A stretch of DNA of 60,541 nt, counting the filler, from Perkinsus olseni (taxonomy: Eukaryota), in NCBI GenBank assembly GCA_013115125.1. It is 4 parts of 4 records of this genome, joined end to end, with 100 filler letters (N's around TTAATTAATTAA, not from the genome) between each part and the next. Parts side by side here need not be neighbours in the genome. Positions count along the whole stretch, not along the records: positions 30,379 to 45,410 come from JABANN010000710.1; positions 45,511 to 60,541 come from JABANN010000711.1; 2 more parts are not named here. One strand, written 5' to 3'. Of the stretch, positions 35,380-48,700 are shown in pieces. The notes beneath the pieces were generated by a model. That model was not told where the DNA came from, made no database searches, and saw nothing but the letters and a program-made list of their open reading frames with translations. Both the position numbers and the translations under genes were made by a program. Position 1 is the stretch's first letter. Every line of letters begins with the position of its first letter.

Positions 35380-38300
35380 TCAACGTTTAGATCGTGGTGC
35401 TTGGGGGCCCTTAGCCAAGTAACTTGTACTTTGAATGACTACAAGGCCGCCAGTCAAGGCCGTAGCCACTACATGGTCAGTGGGCCTGAAAAAAGACTCC
35501 TTCATGGGGCGAAGTGAAGACGCGAAGGCTCACTCAGAGTGTCCAGCTCGAACACAGACGGCCGCGATGGGATCCCCAGGCATGGGCTTCACGGTCCCTC
35601 CTCCGCTGAAAGGCGCAGTTGTGGGGCGTTGGCACGAGGAAGGGCCTACCTCAGTATGCTCGCTTTCCGTCTCCGTACCGGCCGTGTTATGGGCCTATGT
35701 AGTTCACAATGGATTCGTACGTTGCCACCAGAGAAGAATGCCTGTCTGTGATGCTGGACTTCAGCGAAGGGATGTGCTCCTATGAAAGAAACTTAGAGCC
35801 TCTACACTATTCATAGCCTGCTGCTGCTACCAGTCATAGTGCTCATATGTGACCTCAATGTCTTGGAGGCGTCAACAGCGGTATAGCTGTACCGCGCTAT
35901 CAGGTACTGCGTCCACCGTACCAGGTCATCCGAAGTGTTGATGCCCTGCCATGATAAGCTCCAATCATCAATAAGGAAGTGCCGGACTACTGACCATCAG
36001 GAAGCCGTCCGTCCAACCCGTGAATGTCCATGGGGCGTAAGAGGATGTTTGCAACGCACTGCATGCTTGGCTATTGTAACCCTGCCTAACCTCGGGTCTC
36101 ATAAACTTACACTGAGGAAGAAGAAGACAATACTAGCAGACTAGCCTGCGTAGGCGGCGCTCCTACTACCTGTAGAAGAGATCTGTTAGTGCCTGCCAAG
36201 TCACAGCGTCTAACATCCCAGCTTCCCGAGGGAGGGCAAGTGACGTCAATCGCCAGAGCCAGTTGACACGCCAAGAAGACGTGCTGAGAGATTATAATTT
36301 CACTTCTAGAACGAAGAAGATGATCCAAACTCACATCGGGAGCCATCCTAGACCAGCAAAGATCGGTCACCCAGAACTTGGCCGGAGAGGCAGCGGTAGC
36401 CAGAGGATAGGGGCACGAGGTGGACATTACCCACACTGAACCATTTTCTGATCAGAAGGCAGAGCGTGGGGCTTCTATCCCAACGATCCGGGTTCGAAAC
36501 TCACGAGTTGCCACTGCGAAGATTTCTGGAGCTTCATCGCTTTCTGGCTCTACTGGAGCCCACTGCACAGCTAGCAATGGCGACACTTCGCCGGAACCCG
36601 AGCAGCTTAGTATGGATAAAGGCTTTCTTAGGACTTTCCTGAGAACCCAACCACAATGGTAAACATGCATTCGACAGCAAAGTGTTGGCGTTGACCGATT
36701 TAAGCGCGGAGGTAACGTCTGCGGAGGTCTACTAAGGAGTTGACGCTTCCGATATGCCAGCCGCCTTAAGGACCATCCGCGGCCAACCTCGACCTCACCC
36801 GTCGTCGCTGCCTTCAGCTTCCTCATCAACGCGGAAGATAGCCGCAGAACCGCTCTCAAGCCCGGCCAGAATCCAGATCTTGTCACGGTTGCGCATAGCA
36901 TGGATGCCGAGGCACTTCTTGCTCGGTTTGATCTCCGTATGAGCTCGTAGCTTGAGCATAGCCGCTTTCTCCAGACTGGACGGATGCAGTATCGAGTTTG
37001 GAACATCATAAAGTGCGGCATAACCAGCGCAGAATAGAACACAGAGGATACCTTAACGAGTCGTTCAACATACAGGCAGCGGCTGTAGGCCGGGATATAC
37101 TCACCGACTCTTGCCGAGGTCGCACTGAATTCAACCCAGTGGAAGTCAGCGACCTCACCGCCGACGATCAGACGTCGGACCTTCTGAACTCTGTCCTTCT
37201 CCAACGGCCACAACTGGTCAGAGACACCGAGCAACAGTCGACCGAGGGCCTTGCTGCTAGCCCAGCTACCTCAATGGTGGACTCAGTCCGAGAAGCCAAC
37301 GCCACGACCATCGGTCTCGTTCCGTAGGATGGTGATAGAGACATCAACTCTTGAGAACGCCCTGCCAAGTGCAGGTCATAGAGGGTCAGCGAAGGTCGCG
37401 GAATCCCTCACGAGAATCACCTCTCCTACCTGCATTGATGATCCACCCTTGACCATCAACCCACACCCCCTCCCCTGGACGTACTGCAGCCGTGTTAGGA
37501 GCGGACGGATCGGATACGCGTTCGAAGACCACCTCGAGAGGCTCATCGCTGCACACCGCTTTAGTCGCCGCACTTGCGATGTCTTCTGCTGTGATGTCCT
37601 AACAACATCGCCAATAACTTGGCCACCGTCCCCGATGAAGTATTCAGAGGCCACCTACGACCCCGAACAACCGGGACTGCTCACTTCAAATCCGCTGGTA
37701 CCGCTGGTACCGCTGGTCCTCCATGAAGGAAAAAGATCTGGCGGATGTACGAAAGGCTCCGGCTAAGGCAGCGAAGGGGCTTTCTCTAAATTGTTCAGCA
37801 ACCACGACGTCGACTTACCAGTTTCGGACGAGCACTCCTGAGAGCCGTCCAATACCGAGAAGTCATGGACTTGGGGATTATTGGGGCGCCGCAGTTGGCA
37901 CAGACCTTCCTCGCTGATGGTTGCAGGGAATTGCACGCATCGCAAGGCTGAACACAGTGCATGGGCAAAATACTTTTGCCAGATGCTAACCAACCCTATA
38001 GCCAGGCGGCGCCGACTCCTTTCCTTTGACGACCAGTGCACCACCAGGCTCCCCGATAGGAGGAACAACTGCCAAAGGGCTCACTGAAAGGTCGCCGATG
38101 ACAGCTGGCTGAGATAGAAGGGCAATAACCAATGCTAAGAGTTGGTAGTAGAACCATTCTCACCACGGATGATTCACGCCTCCTTTTGGTCGTTCCTTTG
38201 GGCGTCATCTCATGACCACATTCAGTACACTGCATTTGTCGGCATGGGTTTATGGTACCGCATTCGGAACAAGCCTGGACTACAGCTTAAGTGACCGGGT

Positions 38301-38945
38301 AGGACGCAATTGAATCACCTTTTTTCCAGCACCAACGCCCTTCCTCTCTCGGCCCCGACCTGTCCCTTTCTTGGCTCCCTTCGGTCGACCACGTTTTTTC
38401 GGGAGGGGTACTTCTAGAGACTCGTCTAGCATCTCGGCAGGGAGAGGCGATTGGCCTTGGGTTGGGTTATTGAGTTGAGCGAATGCAGCGAGAGTAGCCG
38501 CCTGAAGCAAATATAGTCAACCCCTAGAAATATCGCACCCAAGAATCGAACGCACTGCCATGCGCAAGATAACTCGAACTTTTACCACCAGACCAATCGT
38601 CCTATACTACTCCTGCGATGAGTGGCCCATGAGCGCGTGAACAGAAGAACGAACGTGAAAACGAGCATGTCGATGCTAATTCGAGTGATAAACCTTGAAC
38701 ACCTCTCGGAGCTTGACTGTGAAGAGATCTTGGTATGACTTTCGACGACGCCCATCACAACCCATCAGTACCTCTAGTCCCGGACCGGCTGCCACCCCTT
38801 CCAACCCTCCAAGGCCTTCCACAGCGGATCCCAGAAGGCCCCCCATTTGTTCCGGACTGAATGCAACAGTGGCCTGCTCTTGCTGCTGACCTCCCATGTC
38901 CGGGATGCTAACCCCGGCTCCTTCAGCAGGCGGAGCAGATGACAT
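35380..38945 (-). CDS. AT-hook + two C4 zinc ribbons + WD40-like protein, TFIIIC beta subunit (GTF3C2/Tfc6)-like, multi-exon
   Basis: Spliced KKRGRPKG; KK|ACSECGTINPCRQMQCTECGH; GYR|PCDACNSLQPSARKVCANCGA; TIE|LWP...GGEVADFHWVEFSATSARVG|ILCVLFCAGYAALYDVP; LLAVQWAP; VTDLCWS; C-terminal VVATALTGGLVVIQ. Some middle junctions are unresolved. Confidence 0.55.
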
Positions 38946-39144
38946 CGTAACAAGAACCCTGCTGAGACCACGGCGTCGCTTCCGCCACTCACAACTTCGG
39001 ACGAGAGGACCGGATTGACCACATCTAGTCGACACTGGCTGGTGGCCACCAATATTGCTCGACCATCGGAAAGCCTGCTGCCCGGGTCGCATACAGGACC
39101 CCGAACCTCTCCCGAATGATGACTCACCGCAACAGACTCACCGC

Positions 39145-41034
39145 CTAGACACTACCATTAGAAAAGAATCTATCAATTTCATTCAACATGATCTGCATCA
39201 TAGTTTCTACACCGGCATCGGGAACCAAGTTGCGCAGGTGAACGCCGGTTGACGGCCGTCCTGCATGGCTAGCGGCATTAGTGTATCCCTCTAGGAAATC
39301 CACGCACTGCTCTCTATCGCAGGAGGCGTTCCCGAGGTGAGGATCCTGTGCAAAACTGAATGATTTGCCATCGACGGGCCGCACACCGCACGGGTAGAAA
39401 GATCGATGCCAATGCAGGCCATCCCGACTAACTTCGGGTATCGGCAGAAGTACATCCCATTGCAATGGAAGTAGCTTCAGCCGATGCTTCGGAAAATTAT
39501 CCTGAAGCTCAGCGACCACCCTACCTAAGGCCTCATTGTACTGTAGCATTTGGTGATACGAGTAGGACACCATGAACATGGGCCTGTCCGGCAACGCGCC
39601 ATTACGATTCAGAAAGTGATACGGCGATGTTGGCTTTACTAGAACGAACGTATCAGGGAAGTTGGTGAGCAGCATCACCAGCGCATGCCTCACCAACTCA
39701 CTGTACACTCTAGGACTCACCTTGCTACTCGTGTGGAAGTTCTCACCGAAGAAGATGACATTGGGCGTGCTCAGGCGAAGGTCCATAATGACCTCCTCAA
39801 TGAAGGAAGAAGGGTAGCTGATCCGTCTGCACACACCAACCATCCCTTCATGATGCTGATAGGAACCGTAGTAGCGACGATAGACGATCGTCCACTTGGA
39901 GCTTCTCTGCGTCATATCACACTCACCCCCGTTTCCGCTATCAGGATCTACGTAAAACAGGGTTTGCAGGTTATGGCCGCATGCTTTGGGACGATGGTCC
40001 GAGTTGGGGTCCTCTAACAAGTGATCTAAGTAGTCCTCCATTGTGCTGTCCCCGACTAGAGCCATACTGATGCCGTGGCGTGCTAGGACTCGGCGATGGT
40101 CCAGACGACGATAACCCCGTCGACACAGGAAGACGTAGTTGTACCGAGGGTCCAGGTCCTCGCTCCCTCCCTGGTCGGAGTTCTCACAGTACTTGCGTAG
40201 ACTAGGCCACAGGTGTCGATGGACCCAGATGCCGTTGATGTCAGCTTCGCAATCGAAGAGAGGAGTGCCAAGATCATCACCAAGGTCCGCCCTGATGAGT
40301 CCAGGGCTGAGGAGGACGTCCCCCATGGTCTTCCGATTCATCGGCCAGACATCTTGCAGCTCCTCATTGCTGTGAAAATGCAGCCAGCAGTCTGTGTTGA
40401 AGGTCGCCGGCACCTCCATGGCTCGCGGATAGAGGCGGTTAAATCCGTAGAGGTAGCCAACGTAGACACCGATAAAGTATCTTCCAGTCACCAACGCCCT
40501 CAAAGACAGACTGTAGGAACAAAATCGGCCATCAGAACTGAGGCTGCCAGTAGAAGTGACAGCGGCCTGGGCGGTGGGACCTCGCAGTAATAGTATCAGT
40601 TCATCGTGGCACACGAGCTGCCTGCCCGGATCGTCCCAGAGCCTCCTTGGTGGACCAACGACCTCAACTGTGATGGCGGAGCTGTTAGTCGTGATGTTCA
40701 CAACCTTGAGAGAGGCAACTTCACGGTGATGGTCTTCCCAGTCTTCATTGACACTTGAATTGAACCTAACCTTCCTCGGTTGGTATTCCCTCGGGCGTGG
40801 TAGAGAGCAGTAGGTTTGACTTAGTGGCAAACGGCAGTAAGGCGCCACCGATGATGCTGCCAGTCCGGGTAGAACACAGGTATCGTTACCAATAGGAGCC
40901 CACTCAAGGGCCACCCTAGCTCCTGGGCCTTCCTTGTGATCGGCATGCTTAGTTGGCATCCCTTCACCATCGATGAGTCGGACCGGAAGCGAGATCGACC
41001 ATCCAATGGTCACCCGCTTAAAGCGCATGATCAA
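39145..41034 (-). CDS. NXPE/PC-esterase-like SGNH acyltransferase/esterase, intronless
   Basis: 629-aa ORF with beta-rich region (LLLRGP...YSLSLRALVTGRYFIGVYV), GIWV, catalytic-type ALVGDST and C-terminal DGLH (DxxH). Confidence 0.65.
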   Translation of the reverse strand: MIMRFKRVTIGWSISLPVRLIDGEGMPTKHADHKEGPGARVALEWAPIGNDTCVLPGLAASSVAPYCRLPLSQTYCSLPRPREYQPRKVRFNSSVNEDWEDHHREVASLKVVNITTNSSAITVEVVGPPRRLWDDPGRQLVCHDELILLLRGPTAQAAVTSTGSLSSDGRFCSYSLSLRALVTGRYFIGVYVGYLYGFNRLYPRAMEVPATFNTDCWLHFHSNEELQDVWPMNRKTMGDVLLSPGLIRADLGDDLGTPLFDCEADINGIWVHRHLWPSLRKYCENSDQGGSEDLDPRYNYVFLCRRGYRRLDHRRVLARHGISMALVGDSTMEDYLDHLLEDPNSDHRPKACGHNLQTLFYVDPDSGNGGECDMTQRSSKWTIVYRRYYGSYQHHEGMVGVCRRISYPSSFIEEVIMDLRLSTPNVIFFGENFHTSSKVSPRVYSELVRHALVMLLTNFPDTFVLVKPTSPYHFLNRNGALPDRPMFMVSYSYHQMLQYNEALGRVVAELQDNFPKHRLKLLPLQWDVLLPIPEVSRDGLHWHRSFYPCGVRPVDGKSFSFAQDPHLGNASCDREQCVDFLEGYTNAASHAGRPSTGVHLRNLVPDAGVETMMQIMLNEIDRFFSNGSV

Positions 41035-41713
41035 ACGGAAGTGAACTCGTGACGCGTCGAATCGTCACGCGCCACAAAACTAAGCGTCTGAATATGACAG
41101 CGCAGTTCGACTCTAGCTCGGGAAAATATTTTAACCTCTCGTCCACGAGGCCGACGTTGCAAGAGCCGCTACAGATCGCAAGCTCGCGTGAAACAAGTGT
41201 TCGCGTACCGGCCCCGGAGGCAGCACGCATGCACAAGAGAGAGTCTCGTCCTGAAGCTAATATACTGTCGAGCATCAATGATTCTTGGAACGTGATAATA
41301 CCATTATTCCACCTTGCCGCGGGTTGGAAGGGTCTCGACAGGACCCGATTTAGAGGGACTTCGCCTGTCGTAAAGGGCGATCGGCGTTCCCTGATCGAGC
41401 TTCTTCGACGGTGAGCCGCTCGGCTGTAACTGTGAGATGATCAAAAACGCCGTCAGTTGACATTTGATTATAACTCATGCCGTCAACAGATGGCTACGTT
41501 GCCTGCTTGCAGGACCCTCAAGTTACACGAACAACCACCATTAAACCTGCCTGGCAGGCCTCACAAGACTCGGAGCTGCTCGAGGCCTCAGGAAGGGAGC
41601 TGGTGGGCGATGACAGGTAGCTAGTGTTCATGCAAGCAACTTTCGAGTCGTTAATAGGCCGTGGGAAATGCGTTACCACGCGGAGAGTACAATACGCCGA
41701 TATACTGACATGA

Positions 41714-43988
41714 ATGGTTGCCTTCAGACAGCGAGTCGGTGAAGGTTTGGTATCAACAGTAGGCGTACAGCTGTACAAGCTATGGCCCGGCAAGAACCGT
41801 AAACTCCTCATCCCACGTCATCCGGCCCACGCTCGTTGGCAGGCTTCTACTTCGGCGGCGGGATCATGCTGGGCCCTCGCGACGACGTTGGATTCAACAT
41901 TTGCCTTTGGACCTTCGTCCTGGTGAGTCCCCACCGCCTCTGTTCCGTTGATGTCGGTCTGGCCGGTGGTGAAGCATCTTGGATGTGATATAGCCTATTG
42001 CGACGTCGAAAGAGTGCCGACTTGAGCTCACTCGCTGTCATAGCTCGGGGATTTTACGGGTTTTGTATCAAAAGAAATCCAAGACTTCAGATACCAGCGT
42101 CCGTGTACTTCTTTGCTGTCGCACCATCGCTTTGGGAGGATGATAACAGAGGCTATGGAGATTTCGTTGTAGCGAAGGGAGCCTCTACTGGGTCGCGCCC
42201 TAGGAAAGGCCTTGCCGAATTCAGAATCGTTTTAAAGGATGAGAATCCGCTGTTGTCATTTTAGGTGCTTCTCAACCTAGTACTCCTCATCCTCACCTGT
42301 ACGATGTTTCTTATGACATCGATGACGGATCCTGGCATCATACCAAGGAGGGAGATACAGGTCACTACGGGGTTTGCTGGAAGGGTCCCACCGTGGGACT
42401 CCCACACACATGGAAATATGGGAATAAGCAAAGAATTTCCGAGTATTGGCGCAGCTGTCCATTGTGATCTCGTTTACTGCTGAAGTCTATTTGCCGCCGA
42501 CGTTTATGTGCACGTGCGAGTTATTCTAACTATTATTAGTACGGTTATTTGCAATCTTAGAAATGCAAATTCGGAGCGAGTCATGGCATCCACGTACGAC
42601 TAGAACTCACCGAAGCACAGTGGAGCCCACGCTTCCCTGTGCTTCGCCCTTAAATTGGGTACGTTGCTGGATAGGAGCCCTCGCGATTTGATGTCGATCC
42701 GCATCAAAGCAGCCGAGCGACTGTCAAGCCGGCCTCTACCGATACACCTAAGTCAGGAAACTCGGAGCAATCCTCTGGCAAGTTCCATCTCACATCCAGT
42801 GCCAAAGTGAGGAAATGTCGGACTTGGGGCCGGCATCGGTGGTGCTCCGTAGTTGGTGATGGCAGTTGGTGGATGATATACACAGTCTAAGCTTCACCTG
42901 CTTGCATAACGCTGCTCACCGTGCTGCGCGGCCTTTAGCTCCAACGGAAATGGCAATCTGTGGGGTTATGCAGTGGCCTTGTGGTGACTGGTATCCCCTC
43001 AGATAGCGTCGTCGACCTCAGCCGCCACACGGGAGCGACTCGGTCTTAGTCCGCGATCGTATGAGGATCTAATTTACATGCGCAACGACACGGGGTTGTT
43101 GGACTTCCAAGGGCAAATTCCTCCAGAAGAACTGACGGAGGAACAGATTGATGAAGGGTAATAAGCGTCCCAGTGAGCCCGGTGGAGATTCAAGGAGGTT
43201 TCCGTTCTAAAACTCAGTTACAAATGGTGCCGAACATGTCTCGTTGTCCGACCGCCGAGAGCTTCTCATTGTGCTGATTGCAACAACTGCGTGTTGCAGT
43301 TCGATCACCATTGCCCCTTCGTCGGCAACTGCATTGGCCAGCGAAACTATCTGTACGTTGTTTGGTCTGTCACGCGTACAGCATTTCCGAGTGCAGGTAC
43401 TTCAGCATGTTCATCTACGCGTCTCTCTGCCTTGGTGGTTCTGTGATGGTTGGTGTGGCCCTCTGGATGTCAGGGCAACGGAGTGCAACAACATCGCTTT
43501 CGGACAATACAGTCACCGTAAGGCGGAGGACCGAAGAGACTTTGACTTGCCGCCATCGATGCCATCATTTCCGTGTGTTGAAAAGCATGGGCCATCCTCC
43601 TCTCAGTTCCTCGTTACATTAGTGTCCATTCCAACAGCAGTCGTCATGCTACTCGGTGTTATTCTAGGATGCTATCACACGTGAGCCTGCATCGGTCTCG
43701 GCCACCTGCGTGCACTCGTGTGCTCTAGCTAGGTGGCTAGCGTATACGGGCTACACCACCAAAGAATATCTCACTGGTCGACGCTCGCATGACACAGGCA
43801 ACCGTCTCAGCACTCTAGGTTCACGAGGACCGAGCCTTTTGCCGGACCTAACGCAAGAGGTAGGCGGCCGTCTTGGTCCGGAGCTCTCCAGCTCAGACGA
43901 GATTGTTGTACAGGTGCGCTTCAGTCGCGGCGTGTCGGGACTCCCCGAGAGATCTTCTTCCCTTGAGGAAATGCAAGAACGGCTGTGA
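41714..43988 (+). CDS. DHHC protein S-palmitoyltransferase (Erf2/ZDHHC9-like), multi-exon
   Basis: [69 protein letters not shown] motif. Confidence 0.93.
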
Positions 43989-45798
43989 CTTCAGCGCCCC
44001 TCCGTGCACATTTTTTCCATAACTGTCATATTTGAATGTCCTGTGACATTTGCAGTTGAATTCTAATCGCTCCAACCGGGGCTTGTTGTTTATTACTGAG
44101 TAGTGTCTGGGTGAAGTGTACGTGTCGTGTTTTTTGAGTTGTTACTTCCTTAGTCTAGACGGTTGGGGTCCTAATGATATGACAGCGCGCTAATCACTTA
44201 TTTGCAGCGCAAACAGGCTATCGTGCGTGAAACTTGAGCGGGCAGGCCTTCCGTTCGATGCAAGAGAAGACTAGAGCTAGTAACTCATTCAGGGTAGCAC
44301 CCGGCGGGATTGATGGAAACCCGGCTGCACGCGGAACCCAGAAGGCGAATAGAGCCACGGAGAATAACAGCCTTGCAATAGACAGCGTGTTGATCAACAA
44401 GCGAGCCGCAAACTACGAACACAACATCAAAGATTCACCTCTACTGCCACGAGACTACAACACATTACTATCATTCGCCTTCCCAAACCACAGGGGAAGT
44501 GGGCGGAAACAATAAAGGAACCGCCTGAGACAGCGAGAACCTCAGAGGTCTTTGTTGGTCTGTTATAGCAGTACAGCTCAGGGCGAGAGAGACCAAAGAT
44601 ATGAGAGAGATCTCCTAGAGAAAGTGATGAAGTAGAGCAGGTGAAGGCAGGAAGTTCTTAGTACTCATAGTAGAACTCTACCTTTAACAGAACGCGACGC
44701 AGAGAAGGGAATGGAATGGAAAGGAGATATGGCCGATGACTGTAGCAAAGACTAGCTGTAGAAACTCCTCAGGCGCCGCGATGATGATGATGAATATGAC
44801 CTTCCACGCTGTCGACATCCCGACAGTATTGAAGGTAAGCTCACACATTAATGTTGTTACGATAGGCAAAGGTATAGAGAGTAGTAGGAGAAACACCGTA
44901 AAGGAAAGATGAGTGCCCAAGGAGAAGTAGGAGCAGCGGGAAACGATTCTTTCAAAACAGGTTCTCATACATACAAGGCGATGGTGATACGAGGCAGAAC
45001 GAGAAATACACACGAAACTAACAACCACACAATCTCGCTTGTTTTCGCGAGAAATTTGAGGCAGCTGTCAGAAAGCTTGAACAACGATGAAGCCGTGATA
45101 ATAGGAGGTAGACAAGTATCTGGATAAAACGGCAACAAACAGGCGATACAACAGAGACAAGTTATCATCTGGACTTCACTCCCAGATGTACCACGTAGGA
45201 CAGCGAGGATATTGAGCACAGCCTGATGAACAGCCATGTCAAGGAAAGGATTCAAGTGGTAGTATGATGAGAGAGAACGCGCGGGAGCTTGCTCCAATAA
45301 GTAGTAAAGAGATTGAGAACAGAAATAAGACGGGCTCTACAGGGTGTTCCAATTCGATATGCAAATCACAAAAATCAGTCTAATTCAGCACATACTACGT
45401 GTTTGAGGCTNNNNNNNNNNNNNNNNNNNNNNNNNNNNNNNNNNNNNNNNNNNNTTAATTAATTAANNNNNNNNNNNNNNNNNNNNNNNNNNNNNNNNNN
45501 NNNNNNNNNNGAACCGCACGTTACATCCGAACCTCAACTCAACGCACGACCGCGATCAGTGGTTCCAGGCGCGAAGACCTGCGTGGTGTTCTGCAATAAA
45601 ATGCCTAAATGCAGGAAGACTGGCGAGCTCTTGCGGTGATCGACGTTGCGACGCGCCCTCGGCCGACTTCGTCTTACCGATAACTCCGCACGTCAACCAA
45701 CCACAAATCGCACTAAAAACTTGTGCGCGACCCTTGCGCGCCACTTACAACGACTGAACGATGTTGTTGACTTTTCCCGGGCGAGCCAGCGATAAACA

Positions 45799-48700
45799 CT
45801 AATAGACGGTGGGCATATAAGACGGGAAGGCTACAATTTGCCAATCACGCCATCTACTGCCGTAGAGAGGGACATTTATAGAGAGAGCATGAGGGAACAA
45901 TGATCCAGACGACGGGCGCGATATTGTGCCATATATTGGCGCGATATATTGCCCGGATGAACTCTGAGGGTCGCAGGTCGTGCCCCACTCGAGGCAATAC
46001 CCTAACGCCTCGACTGCCATCCATTGCGTATTGGAGCACCACCGCAAGGTGCTACTGTACCAATCCGGTACTAGCCTTCTAGCCGCTGACCTTCACCAGA
46101 TTTCAGATAGACTCCATCCGTCTGGTTGGATTTCAGGATAAATACTCCGACTTTAATCTACGCCGCTCGTGTTACTGCCAACAGATAATCCTCAGGGGAA
46201 GTTTCTGGATACTCCATCTCCAGTGCGACGTCTTCCCCACCTCCACGTCATCTCCGAGCCAAGCCTCTTCTGTCCTTTCCGATCGAGCATTCACTCACAG
46301 AAGCCGAAAGACCGCGCGCACTAACACGTTATTGTGCTCCGCCTCAGAGTAGGCGTGTTAGTTTGCATGAGAGCTACGGTAATTTCAGGGTACGTATACG
46401 TATAAGAATCGTTAATCCGGTCTACTGCTGCTTCTTCTTCTTCTTCTTGGGTGAATCGCCTATTACGAACTCAAGGCATGGTTATAGTCGGCTGAAGCTC
46501 GCAAATTATTATTATACGTCCAAGTGTGGCAAAATGGTATCAACACCTCTTCTGAAAACTGGGATTCATTCTTCTTTTTTGACACCGTCTTGTGGGATCA
46601 TCCAAAAGGAACTGCACTCGTGTGTCTCAATCCCTGATAGTTTTCGGAGGATGTCGGCATCAGGAGTGTCCTTCTTTCGAGGCCACGGTGATTTCTGAAA
46701 AGGAAAGCATGATTGACTATAACGGTGGAGCCGTGAATAAAAAAGATACTTCTTCAATCCATCTGCGAAGGCTGGATGATAACTCCGGTTTCTTATCAAC
46801 CGGCAGTCCGTTAGACTGAAGGAATCATCTACGGCGACTCAGATCGGGTTGTGCTGCTGAGCTCACCTTTCGAGCAGCATCGTTGCCCAACTCAAAGACC
46901 GGGAATACTTCCCGCTTGTCTGAGCTTATGAGGGCATCTACCCCGAATCCTTTTAGGATGCGCATGCCCTTCTCGACCACCTGTATAAAATAATCACTCA
47001 ACTCTGCAGCGGTCCTCCTAGTGGTACTCACTTCCCATTCCTCGTCCGTCATTCGTGCAGAGTCCTGCTCCGTCTCCTGCCCCCCGTCATCATGGTAAAG
47101 GCCAAGCTCTTCCAATAATGGTACTTTTCGGTGGCTTGTAGACTGACTCGAGCCCAACTAGAAGAAGCATTCGTCAGGAGTGGCATCAGTGACGTTGGCT
47201 GCTCACCTGCCCCGATAAGGACGCCTCGACCCTGCGATGTTTCGAAGAGGGCTGCTGCTGATGTTCTCCTCTCACTGATTCCTGAATACACGAAACATGG
47301 TTTCCTCAGAATACAATGCCAATGCTTGTCACCTCACTGCGTTCCCTCCCTCTCTTTCTCTCATCAACGACCTCAAATGCTTGCGCAGTCATGTCAGGCA
47401 ATGGGCATCGATGAAAAAGCATCGATCGAGGCACTCTGAGAGCGCTCGGCCGTCGACAGCGGAGCAGAGGCGCGTTGAAGGCTACCTTTCAACTTTCCTC
47501 GCCCCTCCGCGAGCGAATGCAACGGGCACTGTCACTTCCGCAGTGTTTTCATTCGTCGAGTGTTGATCCTTGCTAGGCGTCGAGGAGCGCACCTGGGGGG
47601 GATTGGGGTAGATGGAGCGAGGGCGGGTTTGGGTTGACCCCACTTCATGGTCCTTAGCGATTATGCCGGGTTGGAAGCGGCCTTTCTCAGCGGACGATGG
47701 AGCATAAACCCTATCCCCTTCCCTGACGCGAATAGACTAATCAAACTGAATGATTAGGAGCCCACCTGAAGAGCATCCAGCTTGTAGCGTCCATTCCGGT
47801 GGTATCAGCAACTCCATCTGCTGACAGCACTGATTCTACATCGGACTCGATCTGTCTCTTCGATATTCTCGTGACCTCACTATCGGGAGGGTACGATAAA
47901 ATGAGAGCATACGTAGACGACGAAGGCTGCGCATTCGTATCAGTATTCTTGATCGCGTTGTTGGCTCGTTCACCCAACTGCTGCTGCTGCTGCTGCTGCT
48001 GCTGGTGGTGGTGGTAGGGCTCCAGCTTCCGGCATTCCGCCACGTTGACTAAAGTGTATGAACGACCAGCATTGACACTAGCGAGTACCTGCATGCAATG
48101 ATGATAATGTTTCAGCCACTGCTGCTGCTGCCGACCACCGCCCCACAGATCACTCACCGAATCGCCAGTGGTGAGTGATTCCTTAGGATGCTTGCTGTCA
48201 TCCGAGTGACCGGAAAATCCCGGAAATTGGTGGAGACCACAGTGTCGGGAAGGGAAGGGTCGACGAGAGGGAATATGCTAAGATTAGGAATGATGACGAA
48301 GTGTGGCGGGCAGGAGCACTCACGTATGGCGGGATGACCCTGATATTCTCTCTAAACACGGCCCATTGATTTGTCTTTCCACCTGCCACTTGAGAGGGCA
48401 GTGGTGGGGCATTGGATGATGACGCTGATGATGCGGGCTGCGGGGTATTCATGAGCGTAACCCTGTACTTGCAGGTTTTCTGATCGTACCTATCAGATCA
48501 CAGTGATCAACGGGTTGCAAGTTGTTGCTTTATAAGCATTACCCCTCGATAACAGCTCTTTGGTTAGCCGGCAGATAAGGTATACTCTGCAGTAATACTA
48601 GCTGCCCTCTGACCAAGTCTATCTCGTGTGGTGGTAACATGAGTGGATTCACCGTGCTGACGGTTGATGTTGGAGGAGCTGTGACCTACGGCAATGCTAC

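Noticed and set aside
36452-38087. Degenerate reverse transcriptase on the plus strand
   Set aside because: No YADD-type motifs; the minus strand splices into a WD40-like gene.
44218-45297. Hydrophobic minus-strand ORFs
   Set aside because: Consistent with T-rich UTR or intergenic sequence; no domain or exon structure found.
46825-47157. Separate N-myristoylated protein starting MGSSQS
   Set aside because: The first codon is TTG directly after a TTCTAG acceptor; it is an internal exon.
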